Source of the DNA: Verrucomicrobiota bacterium
Lineage (GTDB): Bacteria; Verrucomicrobiota; Verrucomicrobiia; Limisphaerales; Palsa-1400
Length of the DNA: 17,954 nt
Reading direction: 5' to 3'
NCBI GenBank assembly: GCA_049510745.1
Contig: JBEKYR010000066.1
Span: 1-17,954 of the forward strand
The notes below the pieces were generated by a model, which had not been told where the DNA came from, ran no database searches, and saw only the letters and a list, made by a program, of their open reading frames with translations. Numbering within the stretch: position 1 is the first letter of the stretch; every line of letters starts with the position of its first letter. Position numbers and translations under genes: made by a program. This document shows positions 8,441 to 15,534 of the stretch, in pieces.

Positions 8441-8527
8441 GACAGGATTAACAGGATGAACAGGATTGAGAACGGATTCAGAAAAGAGAATTCTCCTCTT
8501 CATGCTGTGCATCTTGTTCATCCTGTC
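8441..8527. repeat. Inverted pair of triple 9-bp tandem repeats
   Basis: GACAGGATT AACAGGATG AACAGGATT (8441-8467), a 33-nt spacer, then CATGCTGTG CATCTTGTT CATCCTGTC (8501-8527). The arms are complementary at 22/27 positions. Confidence 0.85.
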
Positions 8528-8713
8528 GGAGAATTTTATTAAAAAAAGCAAAACTCCCCGACATAGCACTGCGGTGACCGCAACGAGGACCGGAAAATTC
8601 TTTGAGACAAATGAAAAAGAATGGATTCAGCCGGGCGAGGATTGAAAAACCGATTGTTTGAGCCACCGGCGTGTTCGCTGAAATCCACGAGAAAACTAAA
8701 GAACCCGGCGACA

Positions 8714-8839
8714 CTATGGAAGGCCGCTGGGACAAAAGCCAATCAAACTACGGGTTGAACCCATCTCCACAAGGCGGTCGTCGCGGCTGACCAAATGATA
8801 AATCGCGCCCGGATATTGCAGGCGAAGCTTTCGCGCCAT
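8714..8839 (-). pseudogene. N-terminal stub of a REP-associated tyrosine transposase (RAYT / IS200-like Y1 HUH transposase)
   Basis: Translates as MARKLRLQYPGAIYHLVSRDDR (about 22 codons matching the MARxLRxxYPGAxYHxxxRG pattern), then unrelated sequence and a stop at 8714. It is too short to appear in the ORF track. Confidence 0.8.
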
Positions 8840-8951
8840 GCTTGGATGATGCCCCCTACCGCGCCCCCTGTCAACTCACAATGCGGCATTGCTAATGGGT
8901 GACACCTTTAATGAACTGAATCACGCCCTTCCCGGTTGTGCCGGCGACGTC

Positions 8952-9353
8952 TTAAGGTGTCAGAATTTCAATGTCCGGCGCCACATGCTGAAAGTGGGAC
9001 GGGTTGCGCGTCGCGATTTGGACGGCTTTTTTGCGGCGGGCAAATGTCGCATGCAGGGAATCGTAAATTCCCCCGCCGATGACCCCCCGGCTGCGCGCCT
9101 CCCGAATCGCCGTTTCGTAGTCCGCCCACGCCAAGGCCTCCACCGTGACGGAATCCCGCAGACTCAGAGTCAACTCGGTCGCAGCGTCGGTCGGCACCCT
9201 GTAAAAGCCTGTGAGTGTGGCGAAAGTTTCCGCAATCGCGTGGGCGTTCGTGAACGGCTGCACGGAATCTTCCAGCGCCGCGAGGCAGGCCGCGTGTTCC
9301 GGGTGCGACTTCAAGACGGCCCCGACCATGATCCCAGTGTCAAGGAAGGTCAT
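8952..9353 (-). CDS. vapC: PIN-domain toxin (VapC family)
   Basis: FLDTG, HAIAETFATLT, GGGIYDSLH and TRNPSHF. 133 aa, with an ATGA overlap with the upstream antitoxin. Confidence 0.92.
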   Translation of the reverse strand: MTFLDTGIMVGAVLKSHPEHAACLAALEDSVQPFTNAHAIAETFATLTGFYRVPTDAATELTLSLRDSVTVEALAWADYETAIREARSRGVIGGGIYDSLHATFARRKKAVQIATRNPSHFQHVAPDIEILTP

Positions 9354-9598
9354 CGGGTGTAGTGGCGTGATTGTGTAACGGCCTCCTCAATCGGCGTGGC
9401 CGGAACGGCGCCCGTCCAGACCTTGAGTTTGCCGCGTTTGATGACGCGGCCGGAAGCGTTGGCCTCCATTTCCAAAACGATGCGCCCCGGCGTTGCGGAG
9501 ACCGTCAGTTTTTGCCTCCGGGGAATCCCGGCCGCCCGCCGCAGTTCCCGCGAAAGCACGATCCGGTTGGAGGCGTCGAGTTCAATGGTCGTTTTCAT
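9350..9598 (-). CDS. vapB: AbrB/MazE/SpoVT-type antitoxin (VapB)
   Basis: MKTTIELDASNRIVLSRELRRAAGI...LTVSATPGRIVLE has the swapped-hairpin pattern. 82 aa, directly upstream of the PIN gene. Confidence 0.88.
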   Translation of the reverse strand: MKTTIELDASNRIVLSRELRRAAGIPRRQKLTVSATPGRIVLEMEANASGRVIKRGKLKVWTGAVPATPIEEAVTQSRHYTR

Positions 9599-9633
9599 GG
9601 CATTAGTATGGCGCGGTCATGGCGTATTTGCAA
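9597..9633 (-). promoter_or_regulatory. vapBC promoter (probably leaderless) with a phased putative operator
   Basis: TTGCAA (9633-9628), 17 nt, CATACT (9610-9605), 6 nt, ATG. ATGGC repeats lie at 9597, 9608 and 9619 (11-bp period). Confidence 0.7.
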
Positions 9634-9766
9634 GTTCCCCGATCGAGGTTTGGGCATCCGGGCGGGATTCTTTTATCCGTTTGCGGAGCCGGCGAAACAT
9701 TTCCTCACCGTCAACGCCTTCGCCGCGGTCAAGGCGGTCAAGGCTTTGCAGCAACTGGGCTTTCAA
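9617..9766 (-). pseudogene. C-terminal half of a ParD-like (CC2985-type) antitoxin; the DNA-binding N-terminus and the toxin are missing
   Basis: Translates as LKAQLLQSLDRLDRGEGVDGEEMFRRLRKRIKESRPDA..., matching the LDRGEGxDGEExFxRLR tail of ParD-like antitoxins. The upstream frame runs into a 9-bp repeat and a stop at 9830-9832, with no ATG. Confidence 0.72.
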
Positions 9767-9774
9767 TGTAAAGC

Positions 9775-9806
9775 AAGGGACATAAGGGACGGAAAGGACG
9801 GAAGGG
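9775..9806 (+). repeat. 9-bp tandem repeat, single arm
   Basis: AAGGGACAT AAGGGACGG AAAGGACGG AAGGG. Confidence 0.75.
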
Positions 9807-9867
9807 CTTGCAGCCCTGGGCTTCTGGAATCAAACGCCAGGGAGCATGAATGGAAATTTCTGGTTTT

Positions 9868-9894
9868 CTCCGCGTTCTCCGCGGCTCTGCGTGA
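9868..9894 (+). repeat. 8-9-bp tandem repeat, single arm
   Basis: CTCCGCGTT CTCCGCGG CTCTGCGTGA. Confidence 0.7.
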
Positions 9895-9916
9895 AAAAGG
9901 CCATTTTCTAATAAAC

Positions 9917-9946
9917 TTGACCGGGGGGCGGGGGGATGCGTAACGT
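9917..9946 (+). promoter_or_regulatory. Putative sigma70 promoter of the mre operon
   Basis: TTGACC (9917-9922), 18 nt, TAACGT (9941-9946), preceded by an AT-rich tract. Confidence 0.55.
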
Positions 9947-9970
9947 GGGGGGGATGTTTAGGCAACATTC

Positions 9971-10996
9971 ATGTTAGCGCGACTTAAAAGCCTCTTTTCC
10001 AACGATATCGGAATAGACTTGGGCACGGCCAATTGCCTGGTGTACGTCAAGGACCAGGGCATCGTGCTCCGAGAGCCTTCCGTCGTGGCCATCGAGGCCG
10101 GCACGACCAACGTGCTGGCGGTGGGCGAGGAAGCCAAGCGCATGTTGGGACGGACCCCGGGCAATATCGTGGCGATTCGGCCGATGAAAGACGGCGTGAT
10201 CGCCGACTTCGAGATCACCGAAGCGATGCTGCGGCATTTCATTCAACGAGTGCATCACCGCAAGTTGATCGCCCCCCGGGTGGTGGTCGCCGTTCCGTCC
10301 GGCATCACCGAAGTGGAAAAGCGGGCCGTAAAAGATTCGGCGACTCATGCCGGGGCGCGCGAGGTGTATTTGATCGAGCAACCGATGGCCTCGGCCATCG
10401 GGGTCGGTCTTCCCGTCCATGAACCGGCGGGAAATATGATCGTGGATATTGGGGGAGGCACCTGCGAGATAGCGATCATCTCGCTGGCTGGAATCGTTTT
10501 CAGCCGCAGTCTGCGGGTGGGTGGGGATGAGTTTGACGAGACGATAGTGGCGCACATGAAGCGGGCCTATAACCTAATGATTGGCGAACGCACGGCGGAG
10601 GAGATCAAGATTCGCATTGGATCGGCCTTTCCGCTGGAGCAGGAATTAACGATGGAAGTCAAAGGGCGCGATTTGAGCGCCGGTTTGCCCAAGACGTTAT
10701 CGATTCGCTCGGAAGAAGTTCGTGAAGCCTTGAAGGAACCCCTTTCAAGCATTTTGGAAAGTATTCGCATAACCCTGGAACGGTGTCCGCCCGAGTTGGC
10801 GGCCGACTTGGTGGAACGCGGCATAGTCATAGCCGGCGGGGGCGCGCTCTTGCGCGGCATCGACCGCATCATCGCCAAGGAAACGGGCTTGCCGGTGCAT
10901 ATCGCCGACGATCCGCTCAGCGCGGTGGCCGAGGGCACGGGGCGGGTCCTCCAGGAACTTGCTTTTCTCAAACGAGTTGCTTCCTCGCGCAGTTGA
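9971..10996 (+). CDS. mreB: Rod shape-determining protein MreB
   Basis: [40 protein letters not shown] and AGGGALL. Confidence 0.99.
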   Translation: MLARLKSLFSNDIGIDLGTANCLVYVKDQGIVLREPSVVAIEAGTTNVLAVGEEAKRMLGRTPGNIVAIRPMKDGVIADFEITEAMLRHFIQRVHHRKLIAPRVVVAVPSGITEVEKRAVKDSATHAGAREVYLIEQPMASAIGVGLPVHEPAGNMIVDIGGGTCEIAIISLAGIVFSRSLRVGGDEFDETIVAHMKRAYNLMIGERTAEEIKIRIGSAFPLEQELTMEVKGRDLSAGLPKTLSIRSEEVREALKEPLSSILESIRITLERCPPELAADLVERGIVIAGGGALLRGIDRIIAKETGLPVHIADDPLSAVAEGTGRVLQELAFLKRVASSRS

Positions 10997-11054
10997 TTCC
11001 GGTTCGCCCTGAAAATTTATCGCGTCCGCGCCGGCAAAGCGCGGGCAGGGCGGG

Positions 11055-11861
11055 ATGCTGAAAAAGTCGCATTATATAATTTTGGTGGTGGTGGTCGTGC
11101 TGGCCCTGGCGCTGTTAAAGCTGCCGGTGGAAACGACGGGAAAGCTCAAGCTGGCGATCAGCGGCTTGTTTTTGCCGCTCTTTGGCCTGAGCGGCTCGGC
11201 ACACGAATTGCTGGGGGAAGCCCGGCAGGGCCTGACGCCCAAGCGCGAACTCGAGCGCCAAATCGAGCAACTCCGCCGCCAGAACCAGGAACAACAAATC
11301 CTCCTCATCCAGGACGCCAGCGTCTGGGCGGAGAACGCCCGCTTGCGCGGCCTGGCCGGCTGGCCGCGGCAGAGCCGTTGGAACGTCAAGCTGGGGCGGG
11401 TGATCGGGCGCGATCCGGCCAATTGGTGGCGCAGTATGCAGATCGACCTGGGCGCGCGGGACGGCCTGCGCACCAACTGCGCCGTTTTGACCGCCGCCGG
11501 TTTGGTTGGACGAGTGCAAAGCGTGGGTCAGACCCGCTCGCAGGTCATCGTCCTGGGCGATCCCAATTTGCGCGTCTCCGCCATCGTGTTGACCAATGGG
11601 GAGACGGGAGTGATTGTCGCCAGTTCCTCGACGCCAGAGGAGGACGGCATGATTGATTTGGATTACCTGTCGGGAAACAGCGCCGTGCGACCGGGGCAGA
11701 GCGTGGTGACGTGGGGGGCGGGGGGAGTCTTTCCGCCAGGGATTCCGATCGGGAAAATAGTGGACCTGCGCCCCAAGGAGTACGGGTTATGGACCGAAGC
11801 GCGGGTGAAACTGGCGGTGAACCTGGGGGCGTTGGAGGAAGTGTGGGTGATGATTCCATGA
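11055..11861 (+). CDS. mreC: Rod shape-determining protein MreC
   Basis: N-terminal TM helix, coiled coil, ENARLR, VIGRDPANWW, GLVGRV and GGVFPPGIPIG; located after mreB. Confidence 0.96.
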   Translation: MLKKSHYIILVVVVVLALALLKLPVETTGKLKLAISGLFLPLFGLSGSAHELLGEARQGLTPKRELERQIEQLRRQNQEQQILLIQDASVWAENARLRGLAGWPRQSRWNVKLGRVIGRDPANWWRSMQIDLGARDGLRTNCAVLTAAGLVGRVQSVGQTRSQVIVLGDPNLRVSAIVLTNGETGVIVASSSTPEEDGMIDLDYLSGNSAVRPGQSVVTWGAGGVFPPGIPIGKIVDLRPKEYGLWTEARVKLAVNLGALEEVWVMIP

Positions 11862-12409
11862 ACTGGCTGCCCACGCTTTTCATCTTGGCGGTGGCCTTCG
11901 TGGCGGTGTTCCTGGAGGGGTGGTGCGATCTGTTCCGGCATTGGCTGGGGGCGCAAATCGATTTTCTGCCGGCGCTGATGGTTTATACGAGCCTGACAGA
12001 CGGCCTGGCGGCGGTCATTCTTTTGGGCGTCTGCGGCGGGCTTTGGTTCGATGCGCTCTCGCTCAATCCGCTGGGGGTAAGCGTGCTGCCGTTGCTGCTG
12101 ATCGGTTTGGTCATCTACCATAGCCGGGAGCTGCTCTTGCGCCGGCACACCTTTGCCCAGGTGGTCCTGGGAGTGGTGGCCGGGGCGGCGCAACCGCTGG
12201 GGACGCTCTTCCTATTGCTCAACCTGGGCTGCGCGCCTCTGCTGGGCTGGTTCTCCCTCTGGCAATGGATCGTCCTGGCGGCGGGCGGCGGCGTGATCAC
12301 GCCGTTGTGTTTCGGGCTTTTCGACCGCCTCCACGGGGCTTTGGACTATCAGCCGGCCAAGCCGGCGGCGTTCCGGCCGGACCGGGAAATCAAACGGGGG
12401 CGGCAGTAA
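11858..12409 (+). CDS. mreD: Rod shape-determining protein MreD
   Basis: Hydrophobic 183-aa protein with GGLWFDALSLNPLG, an ATGA overlap with the mreC stop, and a position between mreC and pbp2. Confidence 0.9.
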   Translation: MNWLPTLFILAVAFVAVFLEGWCDLFRHWLGAQIDFLPALMVYTSLTDGLAAVILLGVCGGLWFDALSLNPLGVSVLPLLLIGLVIYHSRELLLRRHTFAQVVLGVVAGAAQPLGTLFLLLNLGCAPLLGWFSLWQWIVLAAGGGVITPLCFGLFDRLHGALDYQPAKPAAFRPDREIKRGRQ

Positions 12410-12410
12410 T

Positions 12411-14396
12411 ATGTTTGTAATTGACATGTTGAAACAGGACGGCCAGCGGTTGCGGATTCTCGCGGCTGGCATGGGGGCGGGCCTGTTGCTGCTGCTGGCC
12501 GGCCTTTGGTTCGTGCAAATCGTCCATGCCCAGCGCTTCGCCAACAATCTCAAACGCCAATCGTTCCGCACCGTGCGGATGCCCGCCATCCGCGGCAGGA
12601 TTCTTGACAGATACGGCCGGGTGCTGGCGGCCGACCGTCCGCGCTACAACGCCGTGCTCTACCTGGAGGATTTGCGGGGCCGGTTCGATGAGCGCTACAC
12701 GAACCTGGCCGCCGCCTGCGCCCGCGAGCATCCGGAATTCACGCGGAAAAACGGCAAGACCATCCTGCCTTCCGGCGAGCGGCGCCGGCTCCAATTGCAG
12801 GCCGACTGCGACGTGGTGAGCAACATCACCTTCCGGGTCAGCGCGTCGTTGGAGGAACCGCGGGTGCTCAACACCGCCGGGTTCATCCGCCATTACAACA
12901 ATTACCCCTATGTCCCGTTCCAAATCGTCCCGGACCTGGCGCCCCGGCAGTTGGCCATCTTCGCCGAGCAATTGTCCGGCCAGTCGGATCTGGACCTGGA
13001 AACCCAGCCGGTGCGGGTCTATCCCAACGGCACGGTCGCGGCCCATCTTCTGGGGTTCGTCCAGCGGATGGACCCGTTGGTGGGGGCGGACATCTCCTTC
13101 ACCATGCCGGACTTCGAGGGGCGAAGCGGCGTGGAGCGGGTCTTTGACGGGCAATTGCGCGGGCAGGCCGGGGTCAAATCCGTTCTTGTCAACAACCAGA
13201 ACTACCGCCAGCGGGAGGAGATCGAGACGCCCAACGAGCCGGGCAACGACGTTTTTCTGACGATCGACCTGCCGTTGCAGCGGGCGGCCGAGCAGGCGCT
13301 GGCGGCGGCCCAGGCCAACGTGCGCGGGGCCGCGGTGGTGCTGGACCCGCGCAACGGCGACATCCTGGCCCTGGCGTCGGCGCCGACCTTTGATCCGAAC
13401 AGTTATGTGGCGGGCATGTCGGAGGCGGAGTACACGCGTTTGAACGATGCCAAATTGAAACCGCAATTCAATCGCGCGGTGACGGGCGCTTATTTCCCCG
13501 GCTCGACCTTCAAGGTCATCACCGCCATTGCCTGCCTGGAAAGCGGACTGGACCCGAATGAAGTATTTGACAGTCCCGGCGAATACCGGGCCTCTCCCAC
13601 GGCGCGGCCCATCGGCGATACGGCAGGGCCGGGGCTTTTCAATTTTGAGCGGGCGTTTTTCCGGTCGAGCAACACGTATTTCATACACTACGGCCTGCAG
13701 GCGGGCTTGCGCAAAATCGTCGAAGTGGCCAGGCGCTTTCATCTGGGCGAAAAGACCGGCCTGGAAACGAAACAGGAAGCGGCCGGGGATGTGCCCGCTC
13801 CGGAAAAGGGCGGCCATTCCTTCGCCCAGAGCAGCGCGGCGGATGTTTGCATCGGGCAGGAGATCACTGCCACACCGCTGCAAATGGCGCTGGTCATTGG
13901 AGCCATCGCGAACGGCGGGACGCTTTATTGGCCGCGGGTCGCCAGCCGCGCCCGTGCGCCGGAGAGCGGAGAGGTGCAGGAACTGACCGGGCAGGGGCGC
14001 ATTCGCGACCATGTTTTCATCGACCCGCGGCACCTGGAACTCCTCCGCCACGCCATGCTGGCCGATACGGAGCATCCGGCGGACAGCACGAGCAGGGGCG
14101 GGACCGCCTACGAGGCGTTTCATCATCCGGGCGGGACGCCGTATCTGGGGAGTTTCCGCGTGGCGGGCAAGACGGGAACCGCCGAGGTGAAATCATCGGG
14201 CAGCCCTTACAGAAGAGTCACCTGGTTTGATTCTTACGGCCCGTATGAAGACCCGCGTTACGTCGTCATCGTCATGGTCGAGGATGGCGCTTTTGGCGGG
14301 CCGACTTGCGCGCCGGTGGCCCGAAAGATATACGAAGCGATTTTAAAGGAAGAACAAAGCCCCCCGCTCAAGGCGTCCACCCTGGCGCGCAACTGA
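12411..14396 (+). CDS. mrdA: Penicillin-binding protein 2 (class B transpeptidase)
   Basis: PAIRGRILDRYG, GRSGVE, PGSTFK (SxxK), SSN (SxN) and KTGTAE. Confidence 0.96.
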   Translation: MFVIDMLKQDGQRLRILAAGMGAGLLLLLAGLWFVQIVHAQRFANNLKRQSFRTVRMPAIRGRILDRYGRVLAADRPRYNAVLYLEDLRGRFDERYTNLAAACAREHPEFTRKNGKTILPSGERRRLQLQADCDVVSNITFRVSASLEEPRVLNTAGFIRHYNNYPYVPFQIVPDLAPRQLAIFAEQLSGQSDLDLETQPVRVYPNGTVAAHLLGFVQRMDPLVGADISFTMPDFEGRSGVERVFDGQLRGQAGVKSVLVNNQNYRQREEIETPNEPGNDVFLTIDLPLQRAAEQALAAAQANVRGAAVVLDPRNGDILALASAPTFDPNSYVAGMSEAEYTRLNDAKLKPQFNRAVTGAYFPGSTFKVITAIACLESGLDPNEVFDSPGEYRASPTARPIGDTAGPGLFNFERAFFRSSNTYFIHYGLQAGLRKIVEVARRFHLGEKTGLETKQEAAGDVPAPEKGGHSFAQSSAADVCIGQEITATPLQMALVIGAIANGGTLYWPRVASRARAPESGEVQELTGQGRIRDHVFIDPRHLELLRHAMLADTEHPADSTSRGGTAYEAFHHPGGTPYLGSFRVAGKTGTAEVKSSGSPYRRVTWFDSYGPYEDPRYVVIVMVEDGAFGGPTCAPVARKIYEAILKEEQSPPLKASTLARN

Positions 14397-14397
14397 A

Positions 14398-15531
14398 ATG
14401 CACGATCCACAGTTCAACGAGAAGAAAGGTCCCCACGATTGGCCGATGTGGTGGGCTGCGGCGGGGTTGATGCTCATCGGCACGGCGTTCATCTACAGCG
14501 CCACTTCGGGCGGGGTGGTGCGGATGGCTTGGTACAAGGAAATCTACCTGCACCAAATTCTGTGGTATGGACTGGGGACGGGCGCGGCGCTGGCGCTGGG
14601 GGCGATCGAGTACGGACGGTTGGTGCGGTGGGCGGCGGTCTTTTACTGGGGCGCGATTGTGCTGTTGGTGGCCGTGTTTATCATCGGGGCCGAGCACCAC
14701 GGGGGGAAACGCTGGATCAATCTGGGGGGCTTCAGCTTGCAGCCGTCGGAGTTTGCCAAGATAGCGTTTATCCTGTGGCTGGGGGGTTATCTGAGCCGGC
14801 CGCAGGAGGAGTTGCGGACGGGGAAAGTGTTTCTGACGGTGCTGGGGTACACGCTGGCGCCGTTTGTGTTGGTATTGAAGGAGCCGGACCTTGGTTCGGC
14901 GCTGGTTTTCCTCGCCATCAGCCTGGCCATGATGTTTGCGGCCGGAGTGTCGGGCCGCATGCTGGGCGGGTTGGTGGGAGGGTTGGGTCTGTTGGTGGTC
15001 TTGACAGTGGCGGCCATCCTCTTTTCGCCGCCGAAATTCAAGATCGTGGAACCGTATCAGAAAGCGCGCCTGCTGACCTACTTTGGACGCGACAAAAGCT
15101 ACAACGTCGAGCAGGCGCTGATTTCGATTGGTTCCGGGGGGTTGACCGGAAAAGGCTGGACGCAGGGAACGCAGCATTCGCTGGGTTTCCTGCCACCGGC
15201 GGGAGCACACAATGATTTCATTTTCTCGGTCATCGCCGAGGAGGAAGGCTTTGTCGGCAGCGTCGTGGTCCTGGCGCTTTACGCGGTGCTCTTGTTCAGC
15301 GGGATCACAATAGCCAGCCAGGCGCGCGATCACCTGGGCCAACTGCTGGCGGTGGGCGTGGTCACACTCTTGTTTTGCCACGTCTTCATCAACATCGGAA
15401 TGAATATTCGCTTAATGCCGGTGACCGGCATCCCGTTGCCCCTCCTGAGTTACGGGGGGTCCTCGGTGGTGTGCTCGCTGATCGCCATCGGCATTTTGCA
15501 CAACGTCCACATTTATCGGAGGTCTTATTAA
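14398..15531 (+). CDS. rodA: SEDS peptidoglycan glycosyltransferase RodA
   Basis: GGKRWI, LQPSEFAK, EPDLG, HNDFIFSVIAEE and GIPLPLLSYGGSS; follows pbp2. Confidence 0.96.
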   Translation: MHDPQFNEKKGPHDWPMWWAAAGLMLIGTAFIYSATSGGVVRMAWYKEIYLHQILWYGLGTGAALALGAIEYGRLVRWAAVFYWGAIVLLVAVFIIGAEHHGGKRWINLGGFSLQPSEFAKIAFILWLGGYLSRPQEELRTGKVFLTVLGYTLAPFVLVLKEPDLGSALVFLAISLAMMFAAGVSGRMLGGLVGGLGLLVVLTVAAILFSPPKFKIVEPYQKARLLTYFGRDKSYNVEQALISIGSGGLTGKGWTQGTQHSLGFLPPAGAHNDFIFSVIAEEEGFVGSVVVLALYAVLLFSGITIASQARDHLGQLLAVGVVTLLFCHVFINIGMNIRLMPVTGIPLPLLSYGGSSVVCSLIAIGILHNVHIYRRSY

Positions 15532-15534
15532 CTT

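Noticed and set aside
8441..8527. Possible CRISPR array
   Set aside because: The units are 9 bp and adjacent, with no unique spacers and no cas genes nearby.
8478..8760. Short ORFs (85 and 67 aa) and a possible transposase C-terminal remnant on the plus strand
   Set aside because: No convincing motif was found in any frame, and the ORFs run through repeats. The segment is left unassigned.
11711..11857. Upstream extension of MreD
   Set aside because: It overlaps mreC. The ATGA-coupled start at 11858 gives a normal-sized MreD.
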